From Eledone cirrhosa (Eukaryota): a stretch of 64,000 bases of DNA. The position numbers were made by a program, and so were the translations under genes. The stretch covers positions 11,656,001 to 11,720,000 of the forward strand of contig OZ024756.1 in NCBI GenBank assembly GCA_964016885.1, read 5' to 3'. Every line of letters begins with the position of its first letter. Position 1 is the first letter of the stretch. The notes under the pieces are model-generated. The model saw nothing but the letters and a program-made list of their open reading frames with translations. It was not told where the DNA came from and ran no database searches. Positions 25,151-38,875 of the stretch are shown piece by piece.

Positions 25151-25281
25151 AGAAAAATGGCTTATAATAGCTACGTTGGAATTAAACTCCAAGTTTGAGA
25201 AAATCTTTGCCTTTGGTAAATCTAAAACCAGACAGTAGCAATCTATTGAAGTATGCTAAACAAATCAGCAACTACATAAAG
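25151..25281 (+). other. Candidate spliced exon (131 bp), probably non-coding or terminal
   Basis: Unique sequence bounded by tatttacag| and AAG|gtacgt; stops occur in all three frames. Confidence 0.3.
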
Positions 25282-25530
25282 GTACGTCTGCAACAGTTTT
25301 TATATTTGTAATCTTTTTCTTACATTTTTCTACATGATTTTTTTCCTACATTGTTTTCCCTACATGTTTTCCTACATTATTTTCCTACATTATTTTTTCT
25401 ACATTGTTTTCCTCCATGTTTTCCTACACTATTTTTTCTACATTGTTTTCCTCCATGTTTTCCTACATTATTTTTTCTACATTGTTTTCCTCCATGTTTT
25501 CCTACATTATTTTTTTTACATTATTTTCCC

Positions 25531-25700
25531 TGGTGGATTGGCAGTATCGGTAGAGGGTCGGACACCATGCTTTGATGCATAGAGTTACGGCCCTTGCCAT
25601 TCTGAGTTCAAATCCCACCGAGGTTAACTTTGCCTTTCATCCTTACGGGGTTGATAAAATAAAGTACCAGTAATGTACTGGGTAATTGTAGAAACAATTA
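25531..25700 (+). mobile_element. (ATT)-tail SINE inserted in a CTACATTATTTTCC repeat
   Basis: Head TGGATTGGCAGTATCGGTAGAGGGTCGGAC, B box and central domain. Confidence 0.85.
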
Positions 25701-26359
25701 TTTTTCCTACATGTTTTCCTACATTATTTTCCCTACATTATTTTCCCTACATTATTTCCCCTACATTATTTTCCCTACATTATTTTCCCTACATTATTTT
25801 GTGCGTCAATCAGAAAGTTATTTACTAATTCTTATTTTCAAAATTGGTTGAGAATTATTGTCAGTCTGTTTTTTTTTTTTATTTATTTAAAAAAAATTTA
25901 AAAAATGGTAAAGAAAGGTTAAAAACTAAAACTACGTGAAGGATGCTGAATTCCGGGAAGGAAGGAAAACATTTTAACATCGCATCGTTCAATATGAAGA
26001 AGTGACCTTCTTTTAAATCAGTGTTTAGAATGTATTCTGTTACTGTCTGTGATAAATGTGATAGTGTTGTTTTATTCTAGGATTCCTAAACAAATCTGGA
26101 CGCATTCTACAAGATAACACTCAACCAGAACAGAACAGAACCACTTCAGTTTTGTTTTTAAAATATTTTGTGTATATTTTAAAGTATATTTTGTGTTGGA
26201 AATAATACAGAAGTTCTGTAAAGAGAGTGGCTGTGTGGGTTTCTTTAATATTTTTAAATGAAATTGTCCCTCTCCCTCTCTCTCTCTCAAAGTGAAACTC
26301 TGGAGTAACAAGGCTCACTACTTAGCCATAATAAATGTGTATGTGTGTGTGTATAATGT

Positions 26360-26436
<77 letters not shown>

Positions 26437-26517
26437 AAAAGTAAATAAAAAAACAACATACTAGAATAATATACTGAAGATATATATTAGTTTAATGCTT
26501 GATATGGTAGGAAAATA

Positions 26518-26555
26518 ATCTTAACGTTTCAGATGTCAGTCCTTCATCAGAAGAT
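26518..26555 (-). ncRNA. Minimal type-I hammerhead ribozyme motif (Penelope-like remnant)
   Basis: Minus strand reads atctt-CTGATGA-AGGactgacaTCT-GAAA-CG-TT-aagat: 5-bp stem I, palindromic AACGTT stem III, GUU site. Confidence 0.65.
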
Positions 26556-26954
26556 AGAGTAAGATGAGGAAGAAAGAGGGAGTTTTTTTGTTTTTAGAGG
26601 AAAAAGCATGTGTGTGTTTGGACAGTCACAAACACACACACACACACTGCAATACATACACGCACACCAAACAGATATACACATCACACCATACACCATA
26701 CCAGACACTCACCACACCACACACCATACACACACCACACCACACACCATACACACACCACACCATACACCCCACCCCCCAGTTGTCCTACTTTTCCTCA
26801 CTGACCATGGAGTGATGTATCATGATACCATGACTGGATCATCAGAAATCAATTTCATAATTAGTAACACCTGTCAGGTAATAGTCATCTCACAACTGTA
26901 ATGTCTGTGTATCACTGCGTATTTCTCTCTCTTTGTTTGTGTGTCTCTGTGAAG

Positions 26955-27660
26955 GTATGTGTGTGTGTGTGTGTGTCTGTTTGTGTGTGTGTGTTTATGT
27001 GTGAGTGTGTATGTATGTGTTTGTGTGAGTATGTATGTATGTGAGTGTTTGTGTGTGAGTATGTATGTGTTTGTGTGTGACTGTATGTATGTGTGAGTGT
27101 GTATGTGTTTGTGAGTGTGTGTGCATGTGTTTGTGTGTGAGTGTTTGTGTTCGTGTGTTTGTCTGTGTGAGTCTGTATGTATGTTTGTGTATATGTGTAT
27201 GCATGTGTCTGTATGTGTCTGTGTCTGTGTGTGTCTGTGTCTGTGTGTGCCTGTGTCTATGTGTGTGTGTGTGTCTGTGTATGCATGTGTGTATGCCTGC
27301 GTGTATGTATATGTGTCTGTGTGTGTCTGTGTGAGTCTATGTATGTTTGTGTATATGTGTATGTATGTGTCTGTGTGTGTCTGTGTCTATGTGTGTGTGT
27401 GTGTGTATGCATGTGTGTATGCCTGCGTGTATGTATATGTGTGTGTATGTGTCTGTGTGTGTCTGTATGTATGTGTCTGTGTATATATGTTTGTGTATGT
27501 GTGTGTGTATGTATATGTGTGTATGTGTCTGTATGTATGTATGTGTCTGTGTGTGTCTGTGTATATATGTTTGTGTATATGTGTGTGTGTTTGTATGTGC
27601 CTGTGTGTATGTATATGTATGTATGTATCTGTCTGTGTATATATGTATATGTGTGTGTAT
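26955..27660. repeat. (GT/GTAT/GTCT)n compound microsatellite
   Basis: Visible dinucleotide repeat. Confidence 0.95.
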
Positions 27661-27874
27661 ATCTTACATTCCGCAGACATGTGTACCTTTAATGTAGTTT
27701 TCACTTTGTGAAAAGGCTGACCCTATTCAATTACAGGTACAATACCATCTGTTTTATATCATGCAAGTGGCTGGACATTCTACAGCCACATGTCCTCTTA
27801 ATATAGTTCTCAGGGAGATCCAGCATGATACAAGGTATGATAAGGCTGACTATTGTTAGTATTAATTAATTGCA

Positions 27875-27992
27875 TTCTGAGTTCAAATCCCGCCGAGGTT
27901 AACTTTGCCTTTCATCCTTACGGGGTCGATAAAATAAAGTACCAGTAATGCACTGGGTAATTGCTGGCCTTGTGCCAAAAGTAAAAACAGTT
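27875..27992 (+). mobile_element. (ATT)-tail SINE fragment nested in an older degenerate SINE (about 27700-28070)
   Basis: B box, central domain and 3' end; the flank contains a degenerate CORE-like cagctgtgtggaaca...cttgctgaagga. Confidence 0.7.
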
Positions 27993-28134
27993 ATTTACAG
28001 GTAAAACACTATATTTGTCAGCTGTGTGGAACAACAATAAAATCAAGTACCTTGCTGAAGGACTCCATGTATTACTGGCTCTCATGTTGGTATGATCTTG
28101 AGCTCTCTTACCCAGTCATATATATCCCTTCGTG

Positions 28135-29781
28135 TGTGCACACACACACACACACACACAGACAGACACACTCACAGACACACTCACATATAGACACACT
28201 CACATATAGACACACTCACATATACAGACAGACACACAGATACACACACACTCACATATAGACAGACACACACACACTCACATATAGACACACACACACT
28301 CACATATAGACACACACACACACATACATACAGACAGACACACTCACACACAAACACTCACATACAGACAGACACACTCACACACAGACATGCACTCACA
28401 CACACACATACAGAGAGACACACTCACACACACACACACTCACACATACAGACAGACACACACACACTCACATATAGACACACGCTCACACACACACATA
28501 TACAGACAGACACACACACACTCACATATAGACACACGCTCACACACACACACACACTCACATATAGACAGACACACAGAGAGACACACTCACACACACT
28601 CACACATACAGACACACACACTCACATATAGACAGACACACACACACACACTCACATATACAGACAGACACACAGACACACACACACTCACATATAGACA
28701 GACACACTCACACACAAACATTCACATACAGACAGACACACTCACACACAGACATGCACTCACACACACATACAGAGACACACTCACACACACACACACA
28801 CATACAGACAGACAGACTCACACAGACAGACAGACACACTCACACACATGCCTGCACACATTCACACACACATATAGAGGACCACACTCGCTCACACACA
28901 CTGACAGACTGAGATGCGCACACACTCACAGGCACACACAGGCACACACAGGCAGACACACACACACTCACACACAGAGACAAATATACTCACAGGCATA
29001 CACACACTCAAAAAGAGACACAAGTACACACATACAGACACAAGCACACACACACACAGAGACAGACACAAGCACAAGCACACACACACACAGAGACAGA
29101 CACAGGCACACACACACACACACACACAGAGACAGGCACACATACACACACAGACACATTTGCACGCACACACTTGCGTGCACAGGCACACATCCACACA
29201 CACTCACATTTGCTCGTACACAGGCAGACAGATATAGGCACACACTCACATACACACACAGACAGACATATACACACACAGACACACACACTCACACACA
29301 CAGACAGACACACTCACACACATGCCTGCACACATTCACACAGACACACATATAGAGGACCACACTCGCTCACACACTGACAGACTGAGACGCGCACACA
29401 CTCACAGGCACACACACACACACACAGGCACACACACACACACACACTCACACACAGAGACAAAGATACTCACAGGCATACATACACTCACAAACAGACA
29501 CAAGTACACACATACAGACACAAGCACACACAGACACAAGCACACACACACAGAGACAGACACAGGCGCACACACAAATAGACACAGGCACACATACACA
29601 CACAGACACATTTGCACGCACACACTTGCGTGCACAGGCACACACACACATTTGCTTGCACACAGGCAGACAGATATAGGCACACACTCACATACACACA
29701 GACAGACAGATACACAGACACAGACACACTCACACAGACAGACAGATACACAGACACAGACAGACTCACACACACACACAA
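28135..29781. repeat. (CA/GACA)n compound microsatellite with an internal block duplication
   Basis: The block ATAGAGGACCACACTCGCTCACAC...TTTGCACGCACACACTTGCGTGCAC occurs twice (about 28870 and 29350). Confidence 0.95.
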
Positions 29782-29965
29782 TTATTTATTTCTTACTTCC
29801 TATTATTTTGATAATTTGTCCGTATTTTTTTTGTGTCTGTGTTTATTGTGGGTGTATATATATATATATAATTATTATATATATATACATACATATTGTG
29901 TCTGTGTGTCTTTATTGTGTGTGTATATGTATATATAATTATTATATATGCATACATATTGTGTT

Positions 29966-30007
<42 letters not shown>

Positions 30008-30077
30008 TATAGATTATATATATGCATATGTATCCAATTATTTGTTCATCTGTTTCCAAAATTTAATCACGCTAGAA

Positions 30078-30630
30078 TTGGTTAGACAGGAATTGTCCCA
30101 CTTGAAGCAAGATTGGTCAGGAGACGGTGTCTCCTCATATAGAACTGTCTCTGGCAGGTTTTCTACGGTTGGATGCCCTTCTTAACACCAACCACATTTA
30201 CAGTGTGGACTGGGTGCTTTTTGTCATGCAACATTGGTCAGGAGACCGTGTCTCCTCATATAGAACTGTCTCTGGCAGGTTTTCTACGGTTGGATGCCCT
30301 TCTTAACACCAACCACATTTACAGTGTGGACTGGGTGCTTTTTGTCATGCAACATTGGTCAGGAGACCGTGTCTCCTCATATAGAACTGTCTCTGGCAGG
30401 TTTTCTACGGTTGGATGCCCTTCTTAACACCAACCACATTCACAGTGTGGACTGGGAGCCTTTTTACCGTGTCTCCTACATGACCACCTTACAGTGTGGA
30501 CTGGGTGCTCTTTGTCATGTCTCTTAAACAGGGGACGGAAATGTGAGGGTTAAGAGGTGCCTACTGACTGTAGGTTTCAGTTTGTATGTAAGGGAAGGTG
30601 GGTCTTCTGTATAACTGCATAGCGCCATCA
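30078..30630 (-). mobile_element. RTE 3'UTR fragment with a ~121-bp internal triplication
   Basis: Three tandem copies of ATTGGTCAGGAGAC...CCAACCACATTTACAGTGTGGACTGGG. Confidence 0.8.
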
Positions 30631-30636
30631 ACACTA

Positions 30637-30964
30637 CTACCCCTTTCTCTGTAAAGTTATGTTGGTACCACAACATCCAGTCCTAAATAAATGAGGTCGT
30701 GTAGGTGTCAAGACAACAAAACACACAGTCCACGCTGTTATGTGGCCGTGTAGGTAACACGGTAAAAACCTCCCAGTCCACACTGTAAACGTGGTTGGTG
30801 TTAGGAAGGGCATCCAGCCGTAGAAAACCTGCCAGATAGTCCTATACGAGCGAGACATGGGCTTCTGACCAATCTTGCCTTACGTGGGACAATTCTTGTC
30901 TAAACCCATGCTAGCATGGAAGATGGACGTTAAACATTGATAATGATGATGCTGATGCTGATGA
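30637..30964 (+). mobile_element. RTE LINE 3'UTR fragment with (GAT)n tail
   Basis: Reverse complement of 3177-3480. Confidence 0.85.
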
Positions 30965-31261
30965 TATATATATATATTATATCTCACCTGTTCATTATTT
31001 ACCTGTGTATACAACTGGTTGCTTCATCTGTCCCTGACTATGTATATACGCGACTACATACACACACACATCTTCAACTACACACACACATCTTCAACTA
31101 CACACACACATCTTCAACTACACACACACATCTTCAATTACACACACACATCTTCAACTACACTACACACATCTTCAACTACACTACACACATTCACACA
31201 ATTATTTGTTTGCCCAAATATCTGCAGTCTTCTTCTTCTCCCCTCTTTCTCTTTCTCTTTC

Positions 31262-31323
<62 letters not shown>

Positions 31324-31399
31324 TCTCTCTCTCTCTCTATATATATATATAAAATAATATTTCTCTCTCTCTCTCTATGTATGTATATATATAAAATAA

Positions 31400-31436
<37 letters not shown>

Positions 31437-31489
31437 GTATGTATATATATAAAATCTCTCTCTCTCTCTATGTATGTATATATATATAT

Positions 31490-31567
<78 letters not shown>

Positions 31568-31825
31568 CTAGTAGCTTCAGTTGCCAACACTTTGAGGGCG
31601 ACTGGCCGAGCAGCTAGTTGGTCAGTCGTCCTCTTTGTCTCTGTCTCCGATTTTTCGGACCCATGGTTTTTTACATATTCCTTTGTTATATTCCAATACC
31701 AGATGATATCACCGGATTCATATGGAACTCGGTCATTGAAACGATCATAGTATAATAAACCTTTCAAGGATTTACACCTGTCCAGCCTCCTGTTATTTTA
31801 TTTTATTTATATATATATATATATA

Positions 31826-32056
31826 ATATAAGATCAAAAGATGGTTAAATGAGTTCCATGTATTTTATTATGCGCATTTAAATCAACATGATATGTTGAT
31901 TTAAAACTGCACTATCCACAAGTGTTTTTAACCTTCATATCATGTCTTCCTATTTTATCTGATGAAAACACAAATGTTATTGCATGATGATATTTGTATT
32001 TGAAATGCGCATAATAAAATACATGGAACTCATTTAACCATCTTTTGATCTTATAT
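31826..32056. mobile_element. MITE/foldback element with perfect 54-bp terminal inverted repeats
   Basis: ATATAAGATCAAAAGATGGTTAAATGAGTTCCATGTATTTTATTATGCGCATTT at 31826-31879 and its reverse complement at 32003-32056. Confidence 0.75.
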
Positions 32057-32193
32057 ATTATGTATACTCCAGTCCTACAAACTGTAGAGTGCTTCTTATC
32101 GAATATCTGCATTGCTTTATTGTACTACAATAAAACTCACCTCCTACATATATATATATATAAAATAATACCTCTCTCTCTCTCTCTCTCTAA

Positions 32194-32272
<79 letters not shown>

Positions 32273-32354
32273 GGAATAATATACCATGAATAAATATGAA
32301 AACTTTATAATAATTTATAAATATGTGTGTAGGTTTCTGAAAATAATAATAACA

Positions 32355-32391
<37 letters not shown>

Positions 32392-32649
32392 GGAAATAAT
32401 GATATAAAATTAATGAAAAATGTTTTATTGTGGAATGTAAACATTCTGATTATATTAGAGGAATTGAGTTTTGCAAAATGTTCATAATAACATATAATTT
32501 TGTAAAACAGTTTTTTGTTAGTGATCGATGTGTATAGATGCATTGATTTTGTCTGTTTTCAGTTGCAATTGTTTTAGGATGTACCTATCTTCTTGTTGAC
32601 ATTGAAATCACTTCAGACCAATTATTTGATAGCATAGTATCCTTTGTCT

Positions 32650-32900
32650 TCTTCACCCACATATTCCTGAGAGGGTTGTGGGGACAGAGTCAGTCCTCAA
32701 GTACTCATTCTGGCAGGCTGTCATCAGCAGCAACCATCTCCAACTCATTTGGCTGGATCCCCAACCAAGACCAGCCGAACACATGGATGTTATCCAACCA
32801 TCTTGCTTGGGGGGGGGGGGGTCTATCCTGGGTCTCCTACTGGTTGCTTTTGCCCATAAAACTGTCGAGATTCTGAGCAGTCTATTTGAATGCTTTCTGT
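32650..32900 (-). mobile_element. Decayed RTE (Expander/REX3-like) C-terminal fragment
   Basis: Minus strand gives SRRPR... and RWLDNIHVFGWSWLGIQPNELEMVAAD. Confidence 0.5.
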
Positions 32901-33007
32901 TTTTATGTCTCTAAAGTTCCAGATATATTTAGCCAATGATGTAGTGTTTCTGAATTATATTAACCAAAAACAAAGAGAATAGCCATTCATCATGATGATG
33001 ATGATGA

Positions 33008-35378
33008 TCATCATCATCATCGTTTAACGTCCATATTCCACGCTAGCATGGGTTTGGACGGGAATTTTCCCACTTGAGGCAAGATTGGTTGTCTTGCTCG
33101 CATAGGACTGTCTGGCGGGTTTTCTACAGCTGGATGCCCTTCCTAACACCAACCACATTTACAGTGTGGGACTGGGAGGTTTTTACCGTGTTACCTACAC
33201 GGCCACATTACAGCGTGGACTGTGTGTTTTTTTGTCGTGACACCTACACGTCTGGCGGGTTTTCTACAGCTGGATGCCCTTCCTAACACCAACCACATTT
33301 ACAGTGTGGACTGGGAGGTTTTTACCGTGTTACCTACACGGCCACATTACAGCGTGGACTGTGTGTTTTTTTTGTCGTGACACCTACACGACCTCATTTG
33401 TTTCGGACTGGATGTTGTGGTACCAACATAACTTTACATTGGAAGCGGTGGTGTGGATGGGGTGCGGGTAGTGGGACGGGGGTGTATTTTGTTAGAGATG
33501 CCTACTGACTGTAGTAGGTTTCGCTTTGTACTTAGGCAAGGCGGGTCTTCTGTATTACTGTGTATCGCCAAAGATCTCGCTCGGTCCAGTGACATTGTCT
33601 TGGAGAGGTGTAAGTGTGTGAGGTCGGAGTTTAGCAAATCCCAGGTTTTTCTGGGTCTGCCTACTCCGTGGCTACCGTCTATTTTGATCGCCCTGCACTT
33701 TTTTATACAGCTGTTGTCTTTCATGCGCATCACGTGACCGTACCAATGTAGTCTTCTCTCAAGTAAACAGCATCTGATCCCTCTTATTCCTAATTTCTCC
33801 CTTAGTTTGTTTATGTTTTGCCGTTCATGTATATTACTATTACACATCCAGCGGAGCATGCAAGCTTCGTTCCTCTCCAGTCTGCGTATATCCTCTGCAC
33901 ACAATGCCCAAGTTTCACTGCCATGCAACATTGCTGTTCGTATGCAGGCATCATACAGCCTTTCATTTTTAGTGAGAACCCTTTAGCGGCCAACAGTGGT
34001 ATAAGCTCTCTGAACTTTTTCCATCCCGTTCTGACTCTAGCTACTGTACTTACGGAGAACCCTCCACCACTGCTGATTTTGTCACCAAGGTAACGGAAGG
34101 TGTCCACTATTTCTATAGAACCATCTGTGCAATGGAATGAGCTAGTATTCTGTGGGCACTTGCTGCTACTTATTGCACCAGAGCTATATTCTTAGTTAGC
34201 TTACCTGTGATCCCACTACATCTTTTATGTACCCCTACTTTGCATTTGGGACATAAAATGGAGTTTCTGCCTACTCCTTTCCTACACACTGAGCATGGCC
34301 ATTTCCCAGATGGGACTGGTGCCCTATTTTCCTTCCTACAAACTAGAACTTTAGTCTTAGACAGGTTAATTTTAAGGCCTTTTGATTCTAGGCCATGCTT
34401 CCATATTTGGAATTTCTTCTCTAGTTCGACCATTGATTCAGCTATGAGCGTTAGATCATCTGCATATAGGAGTTCCCATGGGCAGCCGGTCTTGAACTCT
34501 TCTGTTATAGCCTGAAGGGCAATAATAAATAGGAGGGGGCTAAGGACGGAGCCCTGATGAACACCAACCTTTACGCTAAACTCTTCACTATATTCGTCGT
34601 TAATTCTAACCTTGCTGACTGTTTCTTTATACATGGCTTGTATAGCTCTCACAAGCCATTCATCAACACCTAGTTTTCTAAGAGCCCACCAGATAATGGA
34701 GCGGGGGACTCTGTCAAAGGCTTTCTCCAAGTCAACAACAGCTAAGTATAGGGGTTTACTTTTAGCTAGGTACTTCTCCTGTAGTTGTCGTACAATGAAA
34801 AGAGCGTCTGTGGTACTTTTACCTGACACAAACCCGAACTGCATTTCATCTAGATCAATTCGCTCTCTGATTAGTTGCGCTATTACTTTTTCTGTGACCT
34901 TCATGATCTGGTCGATTAATTTAATGCCTCTATAGTTACCCCCTATCTAGGGCATCTCCTTTACCCTTGTAGCAGTTAATGATGATGCTGCTACGCCAGT
35001 CCTTCGGAACGACCCCATTCTGTATGACTTGGTTTACTATCCGGGTGACCATGGTGTGTCCCTCCGTTCCAGATGCTTTCAGCATTTCAGCAACTATTTC
35101 CGAAGGCCCAGCCGCCTTACCCATCTTCATATCTTTGATTCCCATACTTATTATACTACCTTCAACTAGCACTGCTGGTCCCTCTATTGGATCGATGTGG
35201 GGGAGACTGTCTTTCTCCCATTTATTCTCCTCATTTAGTAGCCTTTCGTAGTGACACTTCCAAGCTACCTTCTTATCAGCGTCAGTGATGGCAAGTACAC
35301 CATCATCATTAAGGACACACTTCTCCCCGACAATATCACTGTTTTTCCTTGACACATTGCCTAGCAATCCTGAACATT
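33008..35378 (-). mobile_element. 5'-truncated RTE-clade LINE: reverse transcriptase pseudogene, 3'UTR and (GAT)n tail
   Basis: RT motifs KAAGPSEI, QFGFVSGKSTTDALF, VDLEKAFDRVPR, GVHQGSVLSPLLF, LLYADDL, FRYLG, LHGSETW and RRLHWYGHVMRM...GRPRKTW. Split by frameshifts into ORFs 34936-35367, 34170-34904, 33811-34107 and 33434-33931. Confidence 0.96.
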
Positions 35379-35676
35379 GTATCTATATACCAAGTTTTTA
35401 AAGTATTGGCTGTAAGTAATTTTTGTCTTTATAACCAGGTGAAGATATTTTGGCTTGACAATATGAAAACTTTATCAAGACACTTTCCATTGAGTGAGAA
35501 GTAGTACAATTGTGCTGATACAGACCAATTAATATCTAGAATAAATTAGTTGCTGGTGTTGACTTGCAATTATTTAAAATCAGAAATAATTATGTATTCT
35601 ATTTAATGCAGAATTAATTAATTAATATGTCCAGTGGTATGTTATATGACACAATTTAAGCTGTATTTCTAATATA

Positions 35677-36278
35677 CAGTAATTCCCCACCCCCCGCCGT
35701 TCACTTTTCATGGCCCCCGCTACATCGTGGATGTTTCTTTGGAACATATCTAATTTCCCATCACGGTAATCCTCGCTACATTGCAAAATTTTCATTTTCA
35801 TTATCTATTTTCCTATCGTGGTACATCTGAATATCAAATAAGTTTCAATGTTATTAAAGTGTATATCGTAAGGAAGGGACATCTTAAGGCTTTAACTATG
35901 AAAAAATGTTTTTATTTTTCATTCCATTACTGTTTTACTGATTGTGTTTTTCTCTAATCTACTACAAACCCTTCATAGATTGACGGGAGATGTGCAGTGT
36001 ATTACCAAGTGGCTAGCGTGGCTGGCAATGGCCCTCATTGGTAACTAGTGGTTAGATGGTTGGTGGTAGTTTCTATACAATCATTACTGGCTGTTTTTGG
36101 TGTTTAAATAAAAAGTGTGTTTTATTCAGTTCATATGTACTTAAAACGTGTATGAGAGGTATTTTAAGGCTTAAACTATGAAAACAACGGTTGTCTTTAT
36201 GGTCTCTCTATATCGCGGGTTTTCATTTATCGCGGTTGGTTCTGGAACATATCCCCCGCGATAAAAAGGGGATTACTG
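35677..36278. mobile_element. pogo/Tigger-like non-autonomous DNA transposon
   Basis: TA|CAGTAATTCCCC ... GGGGATTACTG|TA termini, with subterminal TATCGCGG motifs. Confidence 0.75.
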
Positions 36279-36565
36279 TACATGAAATTTCCTATTTGTA
36301 AATATATATATATCATCATCATCATCATTTTACATCTGCTTTTAAAATGATGATGATGATGATGATATATATATATTTACAAATAGGAAATTTCATATAC
36401 AGTATATATATTTATATATATATATATACTTTTTTTTTTTTTTTTTGTGCAAAGCAATCAAAAGAGGAGTGGATGTGTTTCTGGAATATATAACCTCCAG
36501 GGTTGGTGGAATTAGTTTTGTTGTCCAGCTCAAACATCTGTATATTAATTGTCAGCAGAGAAGTA

Positions 36566-36627
<62 letters not shown>

Positions 36628-36628
<1 letters not shown>

Positions 36629-37519
36629 AGAGACAGTAGACAGCTTCTACTACCTAGGTGACCGAATTAGCAGTGGAGGTGGGTGTTCAGAAAGTACAAT
36701 AACTAGGGTAAGAACGGGATGGAAGAAGTTCAGGGAACTATTGCCGCTGCTAGCTGCAAAAGGCTTCTCCCTCAAAATGAAAGGCAGACTGTATGATGCG
36801 TGTATCCGAACAGCAATGTTACATGGTAGTGAGACCTGGGGACTGAAGGTGGAAGACTTATGTAGATTAGAGAGAAACGAAGCCTGCATGCTACGATGGA
36901 TGTGTAATAGTAATATACGCGACTGATAAAGCATAAATGAATTGAGAGGGAGACTGAGCATAAGAGGAATCAAATGCTGTGTGCAGGAGAGGCGGTTGCA
37001 TTGGTATGGACATGTGATGCGTATGAAGGAAGACAGCTGCATAAAAAGGTGCAGAGCACTAGAAGTCGATGGAAACTGCGGAGTGGGGAGACCCAAGATG
37101 ACCTGGGATGAGGTGATAAAAGCCGACCTTACCCAATTACAACTCTCCAAGGCGATGACACACGACTGTGACCTCTGGCGTCACGCAGTAATACAGGGTA
37201 CCCGACCTCCCATGGGTACATGCTGAAGCATATAGACAATATGCCCCCACACCCTCCCACTGCAAGGTGGTCGTGGAGGTGCCACGACAAAAAAGCACCC
37301 AGCCCACACTGTAAAGTGGACGTGTAGGCGCCACGAAAAAGCACCCAGCACTCACTGTAAATGAGGTTGGTGTTAGGAAGGGCATCCAGCTGTAGAAATC
37401 AAGCCAAATCAGTTCCTGTATGAGCAAGGCATTGTCAGCCGACCAGACACTGCCCACAACAGGACAACCCGTCTAACCCATGCTAGCGTGGAAGAACGGA
37501 CGTAAAACGGTGATGATGA

Positions 37520-37520
<1 letters not shown>
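36628..37520 (+). mobile_element. RTE LINE 3' fragment
   Basis: VETVDSFYYLGDRISSGGG...LHGSETW...RRLHWYGHVMRM...GRPKMTWDEVI, then 3'UTR and GATGATGAT. Confidence 0.92.
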
Positions 37521-37891
<371 letters not shown>

Positions 37892-38204
37892 AACCATCTT
37901 TACCGTCACAGTTTTATGTTAATTTTTCCATGCTAGCATGGGTTAGACGGGTTGTCCTGTTGTGAGCAATCCTAGCTGATTATGTCTTGCTCATACAGGA
38001 CTGATTTTGGATGCCCTTCCTAATGCTAAACTCATTTACAGTAAGTACTAGGTGCTTTTTGCCGTGTCACCATCACAACCACTTTACAGTGTGGGCTGGG
38101 GTCTTTCCTAGATATATACTTTGGCCTGTCCTCATGGGAAATTTATGGTAGGTGGGGTGCAGTGCTACATACTGTATAGATGCAGAAGTGTTGCAATAGG
38201 TATG

Positions 38205-38270
38205 TATATGTGTATTGCTGCAGGTGCACCTGTGTGTGTGTGTATGTTTATCTGTGTGTGTTGCTGTAGG

Positions 38271-38303
<33 letters not shown>

Positions 38304-38875
38304 TTATCTGTGTGTATTGCTGCAGGTGCACCTGTGTGTGTGTGTGTGTTTATCTGTGTGTGTTGCTGTAGGTGCACCTGTGTGTGTGTGTATGTTTATC
38401 TGTGTGTGTTGCTGTAGGTGCACCTGTGTGTGTGTGTGTATGTTTATCTGTGTGTGTTGCTGTAGGTGCACCTGTGTGTGTGTGTGTATGTTTATCTGTG
38501 TGTGTTGCTGTAGGTGCACCTGTGTGTGTGTGTGTGTGTTTATCTGTGTGTGTTGCTGTAGGTGCACCTGTGTGTGTGTGTATGTTTATCTGTGTGTGTT
38601 GCTGTAGGTGCACCTGTGTGTGTGTGTGTGTGTTTATCTGTGTGTGTTGCTGTAGGTGCACCTGTGTGTGTGTGTATGTTTATCTGTGTGTGTTGCTGTA
38701 GGTGCACCTGTGTGTGTGTGTATGTTTATCTGTGTGTGTTGCTGTAGGTGCACCTGTGTGTGTGTGTGTGTGTTTATCCGTGTGTGTTGCTGTAGGTGCA
38801 CCTGTGTGTGTTGCTGTAGGTGCACCTGCACCTGTGTGTGTTGCTGTAAGTGCATCTGTGTGTGTGTGCATCTGT
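38205..38875. repeat. ~46-bp minisatellite with an AGGTGCACCT palindrome
   Basis: Units TTGCTGTAGGTGCACCTGTGTG...TTTATCTGTGTGTG. Confidence 0.93.

Noticed and set aside
31468-31767. 99-aa minus-strand ORF MKGLLYYDRF...
   Set aside because: One third is (GA)n read-through and the rest has no recognisable homology.
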